The notes under the pieces: model-generated
The model's database searches: none
Told to the model about the DNA's origin: nothing
What the model saw: the letters and a program-made list of their open reading frames with translations, nothing else
DNA from: a virus
Lineage: Duplodnaviria; Heunggongvirae; Uroviricota; Caudoviricetes
Strand: one strand, 5' to 3'
Virus record (IMG/VR): IMGVR_UViG_3300030379_000158
Length of the DNA stretch: 64,000 nucleotides
Made by a program: the position numbers and the translations under genes
Shown here: positions 54,017 to 63,871 of the stretch, piece after piece
Position numbering within the stretch: the stretch's first letter is position 1
Layout of the letters: each line of letters starts with the position of its first letter

Positions 54017-54045
54017 GAAAGTCAACAAGTGACTTTCAATAAAAT
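54017..54045 (+). promoter_or_regulatory. Candidate late promoter: 21-bp palindrome GAAAGTCAACAAGTGACTTTC followed by TAAAAT -10-like hexamer
   Basis: Perfect 8-bp arms with 5-bp spacer centred about 22 bp upstream of the likely start of the head-gene transcript. Confidence 0.3.
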
Positions 54046-54075
54046 CTCTTCCGAAAAGGGATTCACACAAGTGCC

Positions 54076-55803
54076 TTGTGTTTAAGGAAGAGTAAATTGA
54101 GTAACTTACGCGAATACCAGAATCGTATTGCAGATATCGCAAAACGCTCTAAAGCTGTGCTTGGCTGGGCAAGCACTGCGCAGTTCGGTACTGATAACCA
54201 ATTCATTAAAGATGATGCCGCGCGTGCCGCATCTATCCTTGAAGCTGCACGTAAAGACCCGGTTTTTGCGGGTATCTCTGATAATGCCACCGCTCAAATC
54301 GCTACAGCGTGGGCAAGTGCACTGGCTGACTACGCCGCAGCACATAAATCTATGCCGCGTCCGGAAATTCTGGCCTCCTGCCACCAGACGCTGGAAAACT
54401 GCCTGATTGAGTCCACCCGCAATAGCATGGATGCCACTAATAAAGCGATGCTGGAATCCGTCGCAGCAGAGATGATGAGCGTTTCTGACGGTGTTATGCG
54501 TCTGCCTTTATTCCTCGCGATGATCCTGCCTGTTCAGTTGGGGGCAGCTACCGCTGATGCGTGTACCTTCATTCCGGTTACGCGTGACCAGTCCGACATC
54601 TATGAAGTCTTTAACGTGGCAGGTTCCTCTTTTGGTTCTTATGCTGCTGGTGATGTTCTGGACATGCAATCCGTCGGTGTGTACAGCCAGTTACGCCGCC
54701 GCTATGTGCTGGTGGCAAGCTCCGATGGCACCAGCAAAACCGCAACCTTCAAGATGGAAGACTTCGAAGGCCAGAATGTACCAATCCGAAAAGGTCGCAC
54801 TAATATCTACGTTAACCGTATTAAGTCTGTTGTTGATAACGGTTCCGGCAGCCTACTTCACTCGTTTACTAATGCTGCTGGTGAGCAAATCACTGTTACC
54901 TGCTCTCTGAACTACAACATTGGTCAGATTGCCCTGTCGTTCTCCAAAGCGCCGGATAAAGGCACTGAGATCGCAATTGAGACGGAAATCAATATTGAAG
55001 CCGCTCCTGAGCTGATCCCGCTGATCAACCACGAAATGAAGAAATACACCCTGTTCCCAAGCCAGTTCGTTATCGCGGCTGAGCACACGGTACAGGCGGC
55101 GTATGAAGCACAGCGTGAATTTGGTCTGGACCTGGGTTCCCTACAGTTCCGCACCCTGAAGGAATACCTGTCTCATGAACAGGATATGCTGCGTCTTCGC
55201 ATCATGATCTGGCGTACTCTTGCGACCGACACCTTTGACATCGCTCTGCCGGTTAACCAGTCCTTTGATGTATGGGCAACCATCATTCGTGGCAAATTCC
55301 AGACTGTATATCGCGACATTATTGAGCGCGTTAAATCTTCTGGTGCGATGGGGATGTTTGCTGGTGCTGATGCAGCATCTTTCTTCAAACAGTTGCCGAA
55401 GGATTTCTTCCAGCCAGCCGAAGACTATATCCAGACTCCGTATGTTCACTACATCGGTACCCTGTTCGGTAACGTGAAAGTGTACGAAGTACCTGCTGGT
55501 ATTTGTAAGAACTTAACGACAGAGAACATTCAGTTCAGCTCGATGGATGTGCTGTGCTACGTCCGTGATGAAAATCCGGGTAAAGCAGGCTTCGTGACTG
55601 GTGATGCTGTCCCGGCCATCCCGTTCCAGCATCCGACCACTCCGGCGCTGGTCAACCGTACCACGCTGTGGGGTTCGGCTATCAACGATATGCACCCACG
55701 CAACGGCGCTGATTACTTCACTCGTGTAACGCTGACAATGGCCAAAAAAGGCGGGCTTAACTTCATTAGCGGCGACACGATTGATGCCGGTGACTCTGAG
55801 TAA
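54076..55803 (+). CDS. Gene-23-like virion protein, putative major head protein precursor; likely TTG start at 54097 after AAGGAAG
   Basis: Large ORF immediately after parS as gene 23 in P1; size about 62 kDa. Confidence 0.45.
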   Translation: MCLRKSKLSNLREYQNRIADIAKRSKAVLGWASTAQFGTDNQFIKDDAARAASILEAARKDPVFAGISDNATAQIATAWASALADYAAAHKSMPRPEILASCHQTLENCLIESTRNSMDATNKAMLESVAAEMMSVSDGVMRLPLFLAMILPVQLGAATADACTFIPVTRDQSDIYEVFNVAGSSFGSYAAGDVLDMQSVGVYSQLRRRYVLVASSDGTSKTATFKMEDFEGQNVPIRKGRTNIYVNRIKSVVDNGSGSLLHSFTNAAGEQITVTCSLNYNIGQIALSFSKAPDKGTEIAIETEINIEAAPELIPLINHEMKKYTLFPSQFVIAAEHTVQAAYEAQREFGLDLGSLQFRTLKEYLSHEQDMLRLRIMIWRTLATDTFDIALPVNQSFDVWATIIRGKFQTVYRDIIERVKSSGAMGMFAGADAASFFKQLPKDFFQPAEDYIQTPYVHYIGTLFGNVKVYEVPAGICKNLTTENIQFSSMDVLCYVRDENPGKAGFVTGDAVPAIPFQHPTTPALVNRTTLWGSAINDMHPRNGADYFTRVTLTMAKKGGLNFISGDTIDAGDSE

Positions 55804-55863
55804 TCAGGGGTAGTTCTCCGTTTAACATAGCGCCCCCGTGCGGGGCGCATAACAGGGAAAGTT

Positions 55864-57453
55864 ATGTCTCAATATTCAATTCAACAGTCATTAGGTAATG
55901 CATCCGGCGTCGCGGTTAGCCCGATCAATGCCGATGCGACGTTATCTACCGGTGTTGCATTAAATAGCAGCTTATGGGCTGGTATTGGCGTATTTGCGCG
56001 TGGCAAGCCGTTTACTGTTCTTGCGGTTACTGAGTCCAATTACGAAGATGTTCTCGGCGAACCGCTGAAGCCGTCTTCCGGCTCACAGTTCGAACCAATT
56101 CGCCATGTATACGAAGCTATTCAGCAAACGTCTGGTTATGTTGTTCGCGCTGTTCCGGATGATGCGAAGTTCCCGATTATTATGTTCGATGAATCAGGCG
56201 AACCGGCTTACAGTGCGTTGCCATACGGTTCTGAAATTGAACTTGATAGTGGCGAAGCCTTTGCTATCTACGTTGATGATGGTGATCCGTGTATTTCACC
56301 TACCCGTGAGTTAACCATCGAAACGGCAACAGCGGACAGCGCGGGTAATGAACGCTTCCTCTTAAAACTGACCCAGACGACTTCGCTCGGCGTGGTAACG
56401 ACCCTGGAGACACACACTGTGTCTTTGGCGGAAGAAGCGAAAGATGACATGGGCCGCTTGTGTTATCTGCCTACGGCTCTGGAAGCCCGTTCTAAATATC
56501 TGCGCGCGGTTGTTAATGAAGAGCTGATTTCGACAGCGAAAGTAACAAACAAAAAATCGTTGGCGTTCACTGGCGGTACCAACGGCGATCAGTCGAAAAT
56601 CTCAACCGCTGCGTACCTGCGTGCGGTTAAAGTGCTGAATAATGCGCCGTACATGTACACCGCTGTTCTTGGCCTGGGCTGCTATGACAATGCGGCTATC
56701 ACCGCATTAGGTAAAATCTGTGCAGATCGCCTGATTGATGGCTTCTTTGATGTCAAACCGACATTGACGTACACGGAAGCGATCTCTGCTGTTGAAGATA
56801 CCGGTTTACTTGGTACCGATTATGTAAGCTGTGCTGTCTATCACTACCCGTTCTCCTGCAAAGACAAATGGACCCAATCCCGTGTGGTCTTTGGTCTGTC
56901 TGGCGTGGCGTATGCGGCGAAAGCTCGTGGCGTCAAGAAAAACTCTGATGTCGGCGGTTGGCATTACTCACCGGCTGGTGAAGAACGTGCCGTCATTGCT
57001 CGTGCGTCAATTCAACCGCTGTATCCGGAAGATACCCCGGACGAAGAAGCAATGGTCAAGGGCCGTCTCAATAAAGTATCTGTTGGCACCTCTGGCCAGA
57101 TGATCATCGACGATGCTTTAACTTGCTGCACGCAGGATAACTATCTGCACTTCCAGCACGTCCCATCCCTGATGAATGCAATCAGCCGTTTCTTTGTCCA
57201 GTTAGCCCGACAGATGAAGCATAGCCCGGACGGTATTACTGCGGCTGGCCTGACTAAAGGGATGACCAAACTTTTAGATCGCTTTGTCGCCTCCGGCGCT
57301 CTGGTGGCTCCTCGTGATCCTGATGCTGACGGTACAGAACCGTATGTGCTGAAAGTTACGCAGGCGGAATTCGATAAATGGGAAGTAGTCTGGGCCTGCT
57401 GCCCGACTGGCGTAGCCCGTCGTATCCAGGGCGTACCGCTGCTTATTAAGTAA
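55864..57453 (+). CDS. Hypothetical virion/morphogenesis protein (529 aa)
   Basis: Track ORF in same operon. Confidence 0.5.
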   Translation: MSQYSIQQSLGNASGVAVSPINADATLSTGVALNSSLWAGIGVFARGKPFTVLAVTESNYEDVLGEPLKPSSGSQFEPIRHVYEAIQQTSGYVVRAVPDDAKFPIIMFDESGEPAYSALPYGSEIELDSGEAFAIYVDDGDPCISPTRELTIETATADSAGNERFLLKLTQTTSLGVVTTLETHTVSLAEEAKDDMGRLCYLPTALEARSKYLRAVVNEELISTAKVTNKKSLAFTGGTNGDQSKISTAAYLRAVKVLNNAPYMYTAVLGLGCYDNAAITALGKICADRLIDGFFDVKPTLTYTEAISAVEDTGLLGTDYVSCAVYHYPFSCKDKWTQSRVVFGLSGVAYAAKARGVKKNSDVGGWHYSPAGEERAVIARASIQPLYPEDTPDEEAMVKGRLNKVSVGTSGQMIIDDALTCCTQDNYLHFQHVPSLMNAISRFFVQLARQMKHSPDGITAAGLTKGMTKLLDRFVASGALVAPRDPDADGTEPYVLKVTQAEFDKWEVVWACCPTGVARRIQGVPLLIK

Positions 57454-57462
57454 GGGAATACA

Positions 57463-58278
57463 ATGAGCAAAAACTTTTTTCAATCCGGGGCATTTTTGGG
57501 GAATGGACTGTCTCGTTTCGCTTTGAACTCTGATCCTGTGCAGCTGATGGAGTCTGCCCGAGCAAGCGCTGAACCGCCAACAGATCCGGTTATTAATAAT
57601 AATCCGGAACCGGCGGCACAGACTAACGATAACGTTCCATCTGCCCAGGCTCCTGAGCAAATCCTGGAAGGGAAAGACGGTAAAGAATGGACCGTCGAAC
57701 AGGCGCACCAGATGATTCTGGAAGCTGCAAATCGAAGTGCTATGCAAAATGCGTTGAGTGATGCGGCCGACGCCGTTTTCGCCTGGGCTGATAGCGGTGA
57801 TCTGACTTTCGACTCCCTTGATGGTTTCGTTCAGGCTATCGCTGGTATCTCTGATGACGACGACTCCGAAGTTACAGAAGAACAGGACGATGCCTATAAC
57901 GAAGCATGGGCAAATGTTGCTGACTTCCTCGCAGCATGCGGTGTAGATGATGACCTGATCGAAGCACTGGCTGACGATGAAGACGACGACGCAGCTGCTG
58001 ATGTTGGTGCCTCTATCGCTGGTTTAGATAGCGACGACCGCGACGAACTGGAAGCGGCGTTTGTTGTTGCTGGCACTTCTGATGAAATGCTGACTGAAGC
58101 ATTTAAGAAGGTTGTTCGTAACGGTGAGATCAAACTCATCCGTAAACGCCTGCGTAAAAAACGTCTGACTGCGGCTCAAAAATCGGCGCTGAAAAAAGCG
58201 CGTCGAAAAGCCCAGACCGGCGCGGCAAAACTTGCCCGCAAAAAGTCAATGAAACTGCGCCGTAAGCGCCTTGGCTAA
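57463..58278 (+). CDS. Hypothetical acidic protein with basic C-terminal tail (271 aa)
   Basis: Track ORF. Confidence 0.5.
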   Translation: MSKNFFQSGAFLGNGLSRFALNSDPVQLMESARASAEPPTDPVINNNPEPAAQTNDNVPSAQAPEQILEGKDGKEWTVEQAHQMILEAANRSAMQNALSDAADAVFAWADSGDLTFDSLDGFVQAIAGISDDDDSEVTEEQDDAYNEAWANVADFLAACGVDDDLIEALADDEDDDAAADVGASIAGLDSDDRDELEAAFVVAGTSDEMLTEAFKKVVRNGEIKLIRKRLRKKRLTAAQKSALKKARRKAQTGAAKLARKKSMKLRRKRLG

Positions 58279-58313
58279 AGGAGGAGGCCGGAGAACTCCG
58301 GCCTTTAACTTGA

Positions 58314-58895
58314 ATGGCACCTATTCCTTATGGGGTTTACAGCCAGGCTGACGGTGTATCGCCATATCTGAAAGTTACTTTAACGAACTCTCAGTACCAG
58401 GTTACCGGATATATCAGCCAGGGAGCGGCAATGAACATGGCCCAGAATTGGGAAGCGCCGTTTACCGGTATGTCCATGGGATCTGTTGCTGGTGCCTTCA
58501 GTGGTTTTGCGCAGGTTGGTACTGAAACAACGTCGGTTGCCCGTTGGAACAGCTTAATGGTTTGGGAAGGGGGAACACCGCCGACTTTCACGCTGCCAGT
58601 AACTTTCATCGCTTTGTTTGACCCATTCACGGAGGTTTCAGGAGCTATCGCCGCATTGTCAGCGATGATTAGCCCGGAACTTAAAGATGCCAGTATTGGT
58701 GGTCGAATCCCGGAGCGTGTGACGCTAAACATTGGTCGCCGGATCAACATCATTGATGTCGCTATCCAGGACATAAGTTTCGATCTCGATGCGCCCAGGG
58801 ACAGCAATGGACATTTCCTGAAAAACACCGTCAACCTCCAGTTGACCGGTTCTTCGATATATAACAGCTCCGATATTGTTCGGGCGTTCCAGTAA
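58314..58895 (+). CDS. Hypothetical protein (193 aa)
   Basis: Track ORF. Confidence 0.5.
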   Translation: MAPIPYGVYSQADGVSPYLKVTLTNSQYQVTGYISQGAAMNMAQNWEAPFTGMSMGSVAGAFSGFAQVGTETTSVARWNSLMVWEGGTPPTFTLPVTFIALFDPFTEVSGAIAALSAMISPELKDASIGGRIPERVTLNIGRRINIIDVAIQDISFDLDAPRDSNGHFLKNTVNLQLTGSSIYNSSDIVRAFQ

Positions 58896-58906
58896 AAGGA
58901 TTTTAT

Positions 58907-59416
58907 ATGGGGCACAATAACACTAAGGGAAACCGTAAATTTATTAAGGGCCGCTATACTGCCAACGCGGCCAAAGGCGAACGACTGGTATCTTCTGAAT
59001 TCCAGCTCACTTTTGCAGGCCATGAAGATATCAGCGTACTGGTTCGCACGTCGCAAATTCCTGAAATGACCCGCGAGGATGTGGAGGACTATGGTCCGAA
59101 TGGTGTGAAGTTCAACCAGCACGGTCCAATTCGAAACTCTGGGGAAATCCAGGTCCAGTGCGTGGAGACTATCGAAGGCGATATTCTTCAGTTCATTAAA
59201 GATCGCATTGCGGCGAAGGACTATGTTGATATCACGATGGCTGCTACCCCTGAATCCAAATCTTCCGGGGTTAACGCTGTGACAAAAGCTGCTACAACAA
59301 TTGAAATGTTGGACTGCAAAATCTACAGTGATGCAATCGACTTTAGTACCGAAGATGTGACTGCCGCTGTGCGCCCGTCACTTCGTATCGTCTACAACTG
59401 GATTGAGTGGGATTAA
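58907..59416 (+). CDS. Hypothetical protein (169 aa)
   Basis: Track ORF with terminator downstream. Confidence 0.5.
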   Translation: MGHNNTKGNRKFIKGRYTANAAKGERLVSSEFQLTFAGHEDISVLVRTSQIPEMTREDVEDYGPNGVKFNQHGPIRNSGEIQVQCVETIEGDILQFIKDRIAAKDYVDITMAATPESKSSGVNAVTKAATTIEMLDCKIYSDAIDFSTEDVTAAVRPSLRIVYNWIEWD

Positions 59417-59435
59417 GAGTCATCCCTTGTATTTT

Positions 59436-59458
59436 AAAGCTCCTTCGGGAGCTTTTTT
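59436..59458 (+). terminator. Rho-independent terminator ending the rightward structural operon
   Basis: AAAGCTCC-TTCG-GGAGCTTTTTTAT. Confidence 0.7.
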
Positions 59459-59532
59459 ATTTGGAGAGGAAAGGGTGCATTGAGGATACCTGACACACGA
59501 AGAGTGGCGAGGATCTCTCCCCGCCAGGTCTC

Positions 59533-59688
59533 TTACCTTTCAGATTCGTAGGCTGTGAAGACAGTGACCTCCGTCTGGCCGGTTCGGATTCGTACCTCGC
59601 AGAGGTCTTTCCTCGTTACCAGTGCCGTCACAATGACGGTTAAACAGATGACGATCAGAGCGATTAATATCGCTTTTTGCTGCTTCAT
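59533..59688 (-). CDS. hok: Hok/Gef-family type I toxin (51 aa, MKQQKAILIALIVICLTVIVTALVTRKDLCEVRIRTGQTEVTVFTAYESER)
   Basis: Not in ORF track (under 60 aa); strong resemblance to Hok including transmembrane segment and C-terminal YES motif; overlapped by a mok-like frame. Confidence 0.75.
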   Translation of the reverse strand: MKQQKAILIALIVICLTVIVTALVTRKDLCEVRIRTGQTEVTVFTAYESER

Positions 59689-59746
59689 AGCCTGCTTCTC
59701 CTTGACCTTTTGGTCGGTAAGAGGCTAATCTACGTATGCTAAGCAT
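59540..59746 (-). CDS. Mok-like overlapping reading frame of the hok locus (68 aa)
   Basis: Track ORF 59540..59746 overlaps hok in another frame and starts upstream, as mok does in hok/sok loci. Confidence 0.5.
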   Translation of the reverse strand: MLSIRRLASYRPKGQGEAGYEAAKSDINRSDRHLFNRHCDGTGNEERPLRGTNPNRPDGGHCLHSLRI

Positions 59747-60005
59747 AGATATTGCCTCAGATTAATGTTAAGCGTCTTGCAGGACGCGTAATGTTATCTG
59801 GGGCTTTCTTCTATCTGCTTTTCGGGTAATGCCTGAAGCAGATAGCCTCAAGCACCCGCAATGATTGTATCAATGTCTGGCTTTTTTTCTATAGAAATCA
59901 CCGGGAAGGGTGAATATCCACATCAGAAGAAATGTTGCAGCAAACATGATCCCTAATGGCCAGACCGCGCCAAAGAAAATCCATACTGAAAACGCCAGGT
60001 GACTC

Positions 60006-60022
60006 CAGATTAGAGCAATCTA
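60006..60022 (-). promoter_or_regulatory. C1 operator-like site adjacent to repL 3' end
   Basis: CAGATTAGAGCAATCTA. Confidence 0.45.
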
Positions 60023-60868
60023 TCACCCTCTGAATCCCGCCGGTATACCCCATTGTTCGTTATCTTTATTTTTGGCTAAAACCGCATTAAGAGCTTCGTT
60101 TACCATCATGCAATGCGGCAGATTATCGAAGTTTGATACCCCGCCAATATCAGGAGAACGCTTGTTCTTCAGGTAAGCATATTTCCGCGCTGCCGCCTCT
60201 ACTTTCTGCTTGAACTCATGTTTTTGAGCGCGTTTTTTGGATAACCGCAGATTGTCAGCCTTTGCTTTTGCCTCAGCGATCCATGAAGTCAATTTTTTGA
60301 GTCTGCTCGTTCCGGCACCGCCGGAAACTGATCTTTTTGTTTTTTTAACTTGTGACTTCTTATTCTTTATTGCCACGTCATCCTGACAGGGGGAGGGGGT
60401 ATCATTTTGACATGGGGGTGTGGATAAAAAATTAAATAAAGCCAATGTCTTAGCGAGAACAGCTTTAACCTTGGTTGCCGCTGAAGAGATCTTTAATTTG
60501 CTTTCAATCAGCGCATTTTTGGCTTGTTGTGCGAAGGCCAAAAAGGATGGTGTAAACCGGTACAGGTTAGCGCGACGTTCACGGTGATCGCCGATAACAA
60601 TCTCTACAGACAGGATTCCTTTGTTTACAGCTTCACGGAATGCACGAACGACGGTTGATTGGCTATAACCAGTTTCTGCCGCGATCAGGCGGTGAGGCTT
60701 GTGAATGAAGTATTCACTGGTTGTTGCCGCTAGATTTGCACATTGCGACAGGATATGCCCGGCGCTACGGGATAGACCGGAGTGTGTTACAAAGCAGGCC
60801 AATTCATAGCCAGAAAAAGTAAAATCGCTCATCGTTATACAGCTCAGGAAAGTGACTTTAGCCAGCAT
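60023..60868 (-). CDS. repL: RepL lytic replication initiator (281 aa)
   Basis: 281-aa ORF downstream of kilA in immI-kilA-repL order. Confidence 0.75.
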   Translation of the reverse strand: MLAKVTFLSCITMSDFTFSGYELACFVTHSGLSRSAGHILSQCANLAATTSEYFIHKPHRLIAAETGYSQSTVVRAFREAVNKGILSVEIVIGDHRERRANLYRFTPSFLAFAQQAKNALIESKLKISSAATKVKAVLAKTLALFNFLSTPPCQNDTPSPCQDDVAIKNKKSQVKKTKRSVSGGAGTSRLKKLTSWIAEAKAKADNLRLSKKRAQKHEFKQKVEAAARKYAYLKNKRSPDIGGVSNFDNLPHCMMVNEALNAVLAKNKDNEQWGIPAGFRG

Positions 60869-60897
60869 TACAATGCTGGTGGTTCTTACTACGTCTG

Positions 60898-61698
60898 TTA
60901 GCGCGTTGCCGCGACAGGTACCAGCACACCAGCATCAAGCAATCGCTTCATCAGCCACTGCTGACCTTTGCCGGTTATACGAGTCGTGAAAGAAATCCTG
61001 CTTCCATTGCTTGTATCGATCACGGTTTCTTTAAGGGTGAAATACCCACGGGATATGTATTCTTGTTTGGGGACGTTCCTGCGTTCACCGGTTGCGATCA
61101 GAATTCCGTTATCACGCAACCAGGTGAAGAGATAGTTTTGGCCCAGACCGAGCACTTTGGCATAGTTGCCGATTAGAACCCCGCTGGCGGTAGCAACGCG
61201 TTCGGCGAATTCGACTTTAGGTGCATCCATAAGCATTTTTTGCTCCAGCCGTTGCTTTTGCTCTGCCAGGTCGGCAGCCAAACGGAGAGCTTCAGGGAGA
61301 CTCTGCGGAATAGCAGGTTGTAATCTTCCGGCTCGATAGTCGATAAATGTCTGGTTTACCTTCAGCCGAAACGCGGGAGAAATCCAGCCTGCGTACTCCA
61401 CAGCGAGCAATTCATGGGCAAAAGTGCCGCCGCCACGGCCTTCGAACGAAACTATGCAATTCTGCATAGTTTCTTTTTCAAGCTCTTCGATGAGCTGTTT
61501 GGCTGACAGCGTTCTTAGCCATTGAGCTGGCGCTTTATGGGCACCGAGTCCGCTCGCTCTGTGTAGAGCATTAAGGTTGTAACGGCCAGCGCGGTCGGTC
61601 GTAATTTCAACACCACAAATAACAGGCAGAGTGGTTGAAGGATCGACATTTTGATGAAGGTTTGATATATTCATATCCGCATTGAATGTTTGTTGCAT
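60898..61698 (-). CDS. kilA: KilA (KilA-N plus KilA-C domains), 266 aa
   Basis: C-terminal domain shares the PQSLPEALRLAADLAEQK...GKGQQWL pattern with both Ant-like proteins. Confidence 0.75.
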   Translation of the reverse strand: MQQTFNADMNISNLHQNVDPSTTLPVICGVEITTDRAGRYNLNALHRASGLGAHKAPAQWLRTLSAKQLIEELEKETMQNCIVSFEGRGGGTFAHELLAVEYAGWISPAFRLKVNQTFIDYRAGRLQPAIPQSLPEALRLAADLAEQKQRLEQKMLMDAPKVEFAERVATASGVLIGNYAKVLGLGQNYLFTWLRDNGILIATGERRNVPKQEYISRGYFTLKETVIDTSNGSRISFTTRITGKGQQWLMKRLLDAGVLVPVAATR

Positions 61699-61768
61699 TT
61701 TTTCTCCAAATTTGCATCAACCTTCAATCACCAGCTCGAAATGGTGATTCCTTGCACTTAGAAAACGA

Positions 61769-61785
61769 AATTTATTAGAGCAAAT
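61769..61785 (-). promoter_or_regulatory. C1 operator-like site upstream of kilA-repL
   Basis: AAATTTATTAGAGCAAATTT. Confidence 0.6.
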
Positions 61786-61861
61786 TTTTCTGACTCGATC
61801 CAGATCGGGTTGGTCGATCTGCTCAGAAACCTGCCAGTTTGCTGGCAGGTTTTTTCTTTTG

Positions 61862-62905
61862 TTAACCTATTGCTACTGGTTTTAACAAACCAGCATCAAG
61901 TAGCTTGCGAGTTAACCACTGCTGGCCTTTACCCGTTAATTGGGGCGTCAGCCGTATCTGGTAGCCATTTTCATCATCCAGCACCACTTCTTTCACCGTG
62001 AAATACCCGGCGTTAATGTACTGCTGGCGCGGTACGTTTTTGCGCGCACCAAAAGCCATGAGAATGCCGTTCTGGCGCAACCATGAGAAAAGGGCGTTTT
62101 GCTTAAGTCCAACGACCTTTGCAAAGTTCCCGATCAGGATTCCATTAGCCACTGATACCCGGTCGGCAAAATCGACTTTAGGGGCTGCGGCCACCAGCTG
62201 TTGTTCCAGCTGCAATTTCTGTTCTGCCAACTCGGCAGCCAGGCGTAGGGCTTCTGGTAATGTTTGGGGGATCGATGGGGTAGGGGAGTTTGCCTGCTGC
62301 AATTCTTCCAGTTTGTCGATCAGCGAACGGCGGACCGCTTTCGATTCGCGCGCGGCGACTCGCAGGGCTTGTTTGTAGGTCATGGTTATGACAACCATAG
62401 GCGTACCGCCACCTGGCGGCACGGTTGCACTTTTTGTGTAACCGTCCTCACCTTCTAATTCGTCGAGTATTTTTTCGATGAATTTGTTGTTCCGAACCTC
62501 TGGTTCCCCACATAACTTACGCGCTTCATTGACCATCTTTAACAGTGTCAGGCTGTCGATTGTGTCTCCGGTGGTGGGGATGACATTCACGGCTGGTGCT
62601 GGCGTTGCTGAAGCAACAGGTGCTGGTTTTTTAACATTCAAATTATTACTGGTCATTCTATGTGCCTCCTTTCTCATTTCTGCTGCCACCGTTGCGTAAC
62701 GTAGACGTCCTTGTTCAATCAAATAATCCCTGATCTCGGCTATCAGTAGCCTGTTGATCACAGCCTTATCTGTTCGGGTATAAAAACGCCTGGTTATCAT
62801 GAAATAGTTGGCAATTGCGCCGGGGATCTCCCGTGTCGGTATACAGGCAGTATGCAGGGCGATCGCTTCGGCTATGTCATTACGGGTGACGAGAGGTTTT
62901 TTCAT
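61862..62905 (-). CDS. ant1: Ant1 antirepressor (347 aa; Ant2 would arise from an in-frame internal start)
   Basis: Follows icd with 4-bp overlap; KilA-C-type C-terminus. Confidence 0.75.
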   Translation of the reverse strand: MKKPLVTRNDIAEAIALHTACIPTREIPGAIANYFMITRRFYTRTDKAVINRLLIAEIRDYLIEQGRLRYATVAAEMRKEAHRMTSNNLNVKKPAPVASATPAPAVNVIPTTGDTIDSLTLLKMVNEARKLCGEPEVRNNKFIEKILDELEGEDGYTKSATVPPGGGTPMVVITMTYKQALRVAARESKAVRRSLIDKLEELQQANSPTPSIPQTLPEALRLAAELAEQKLQLEQQLVAAAPKVDFADRVSVANGILIGNFAKVVGLKQNALFSWLRQNGILMAFGARKNVPRQQYINAGYFTVKEVVLDDENGYQIRLTPQLTGKGQQWLTRKLLDAGLLKPVAIG

Positions 62906-63123
62906 AAACCCCCCTGAACGTCGGCAGAGAAGGGGAGGCTCCAGTAACTAAGTGAATTGCGCGAGTTAGTTGAAAAACGGGCAGTAAAAATGCAGGGGCC
63001 ATCAGGCAATTGAGAGCGTGCTTCGTCTTCAGTTGCTGCGATAACGAAGTGATAGTGGTGTTTTTTACAGGAATAGAAACGCCAGATGAATTCTGGGCGT
63101 GCGCAAGGATTGGCATTAACCAT
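62902..63123 (-). CDS. icd: Icd (interference with cell division), 73 aa
   Basis: 73-aa Ash-family-like ORF preceding ant1; c4-type leader upstream. Confidence 0.7.
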   Translation of the reverse strand: MVNANPCARPEFIWRFYSCKKHHYHFVIAATEDEARSQLPDGPCIFTARFSTNSRNSLSYWSLPFSADVQGGL

Positions 63124-63264
63124 AGTTACGGCCTCACAATCAGGTTTAACAACCTGCTACCCGCTGCTAAACAGGTGGCAGGACGTGACGGGGTTAGCAG
63201 ACTGGCGATTGTGAAACCAGCAGGCCGAAGCCTCCCCATCACGCCCCACCATAATTTGGGCGTA

Positions 63265-63345
63265 ACGCGGTTTTACGGACACAAAAATACCGCAATATCG
63301 GATATCTGCGGCTGTCCGCACAATCATTCAGGCTGCTAAACCCGG
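63265..63345 (-). ncRNA. Approximate location of c4-type antisense RNA within the immI leader
   Basis: Repeated GCTGCTAAAC and complementary GTTAGCAG elements between the operator at 63438 and icd start; boundaries not determined. Confidence 0.3.
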
Positions 63346-63437
63346 TCGCAGAATTTGCTACGACGGCGGAACTATAAGCCTGAACGATTAAAAGGTCAAT
63401 ATGATGCGAAAAGATAGCATTCGTGACTTAAAAATAC

Positions 63438-63454
63438 AAATTTATTAGAGCATT
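63438..63454 (-). promoter_or_regulatory. C1 operator-like site controlling the immI (c4-icd-ant) promoter
   Basis: AAATTTATTAGAGCATTATC. Confidence 0.6.
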
Positions 63455-63685
63455 ATCTGCTTAATAAATACACAATTGGATCTAATAACCTCTTTTTTTT
63501 AAAGGCGAAAATATGTACCCTAAATGGGTTATAAGGCAGGTGAGGTTATAATGAGAAAACTATTACTATCGTTATTATTTATGGCTGGGACTGTTAATGC
63601 AGCATCAAGCGTAAAGGAGATTTGTACCGATTATACGAAATACCTTTGGCAAGTTTACGCCTTTGCGATCAATGACTATTAATCC

Positions 63686-63871
63686 ATGCGTAGGAGTGGA
63701 TTTATGCTGATTCGTTTGTTTTTAGTGCTTTCCTTTTTAACATTTAATGTTTTTGCTGATGAAGTTGACTTTTCGAAGGTAGATTGTAATTCAGTGGAAA
63801 CAAGAAAAGCTCTTATTGAAGAATATAACGAAATATTATCGTCATATGGGGTAATGACTCCAACTTATTGA
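63686..63871 (+). pseudogene. Small secreted-protein gene (signal peptide MLIRLFLVLSFLTFNVFA) truncated at its 3' end by IS1
   Basis: Last five codons and stop of the ORF lie inside the IS1 terminal repeat. Confidence 0.45.
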
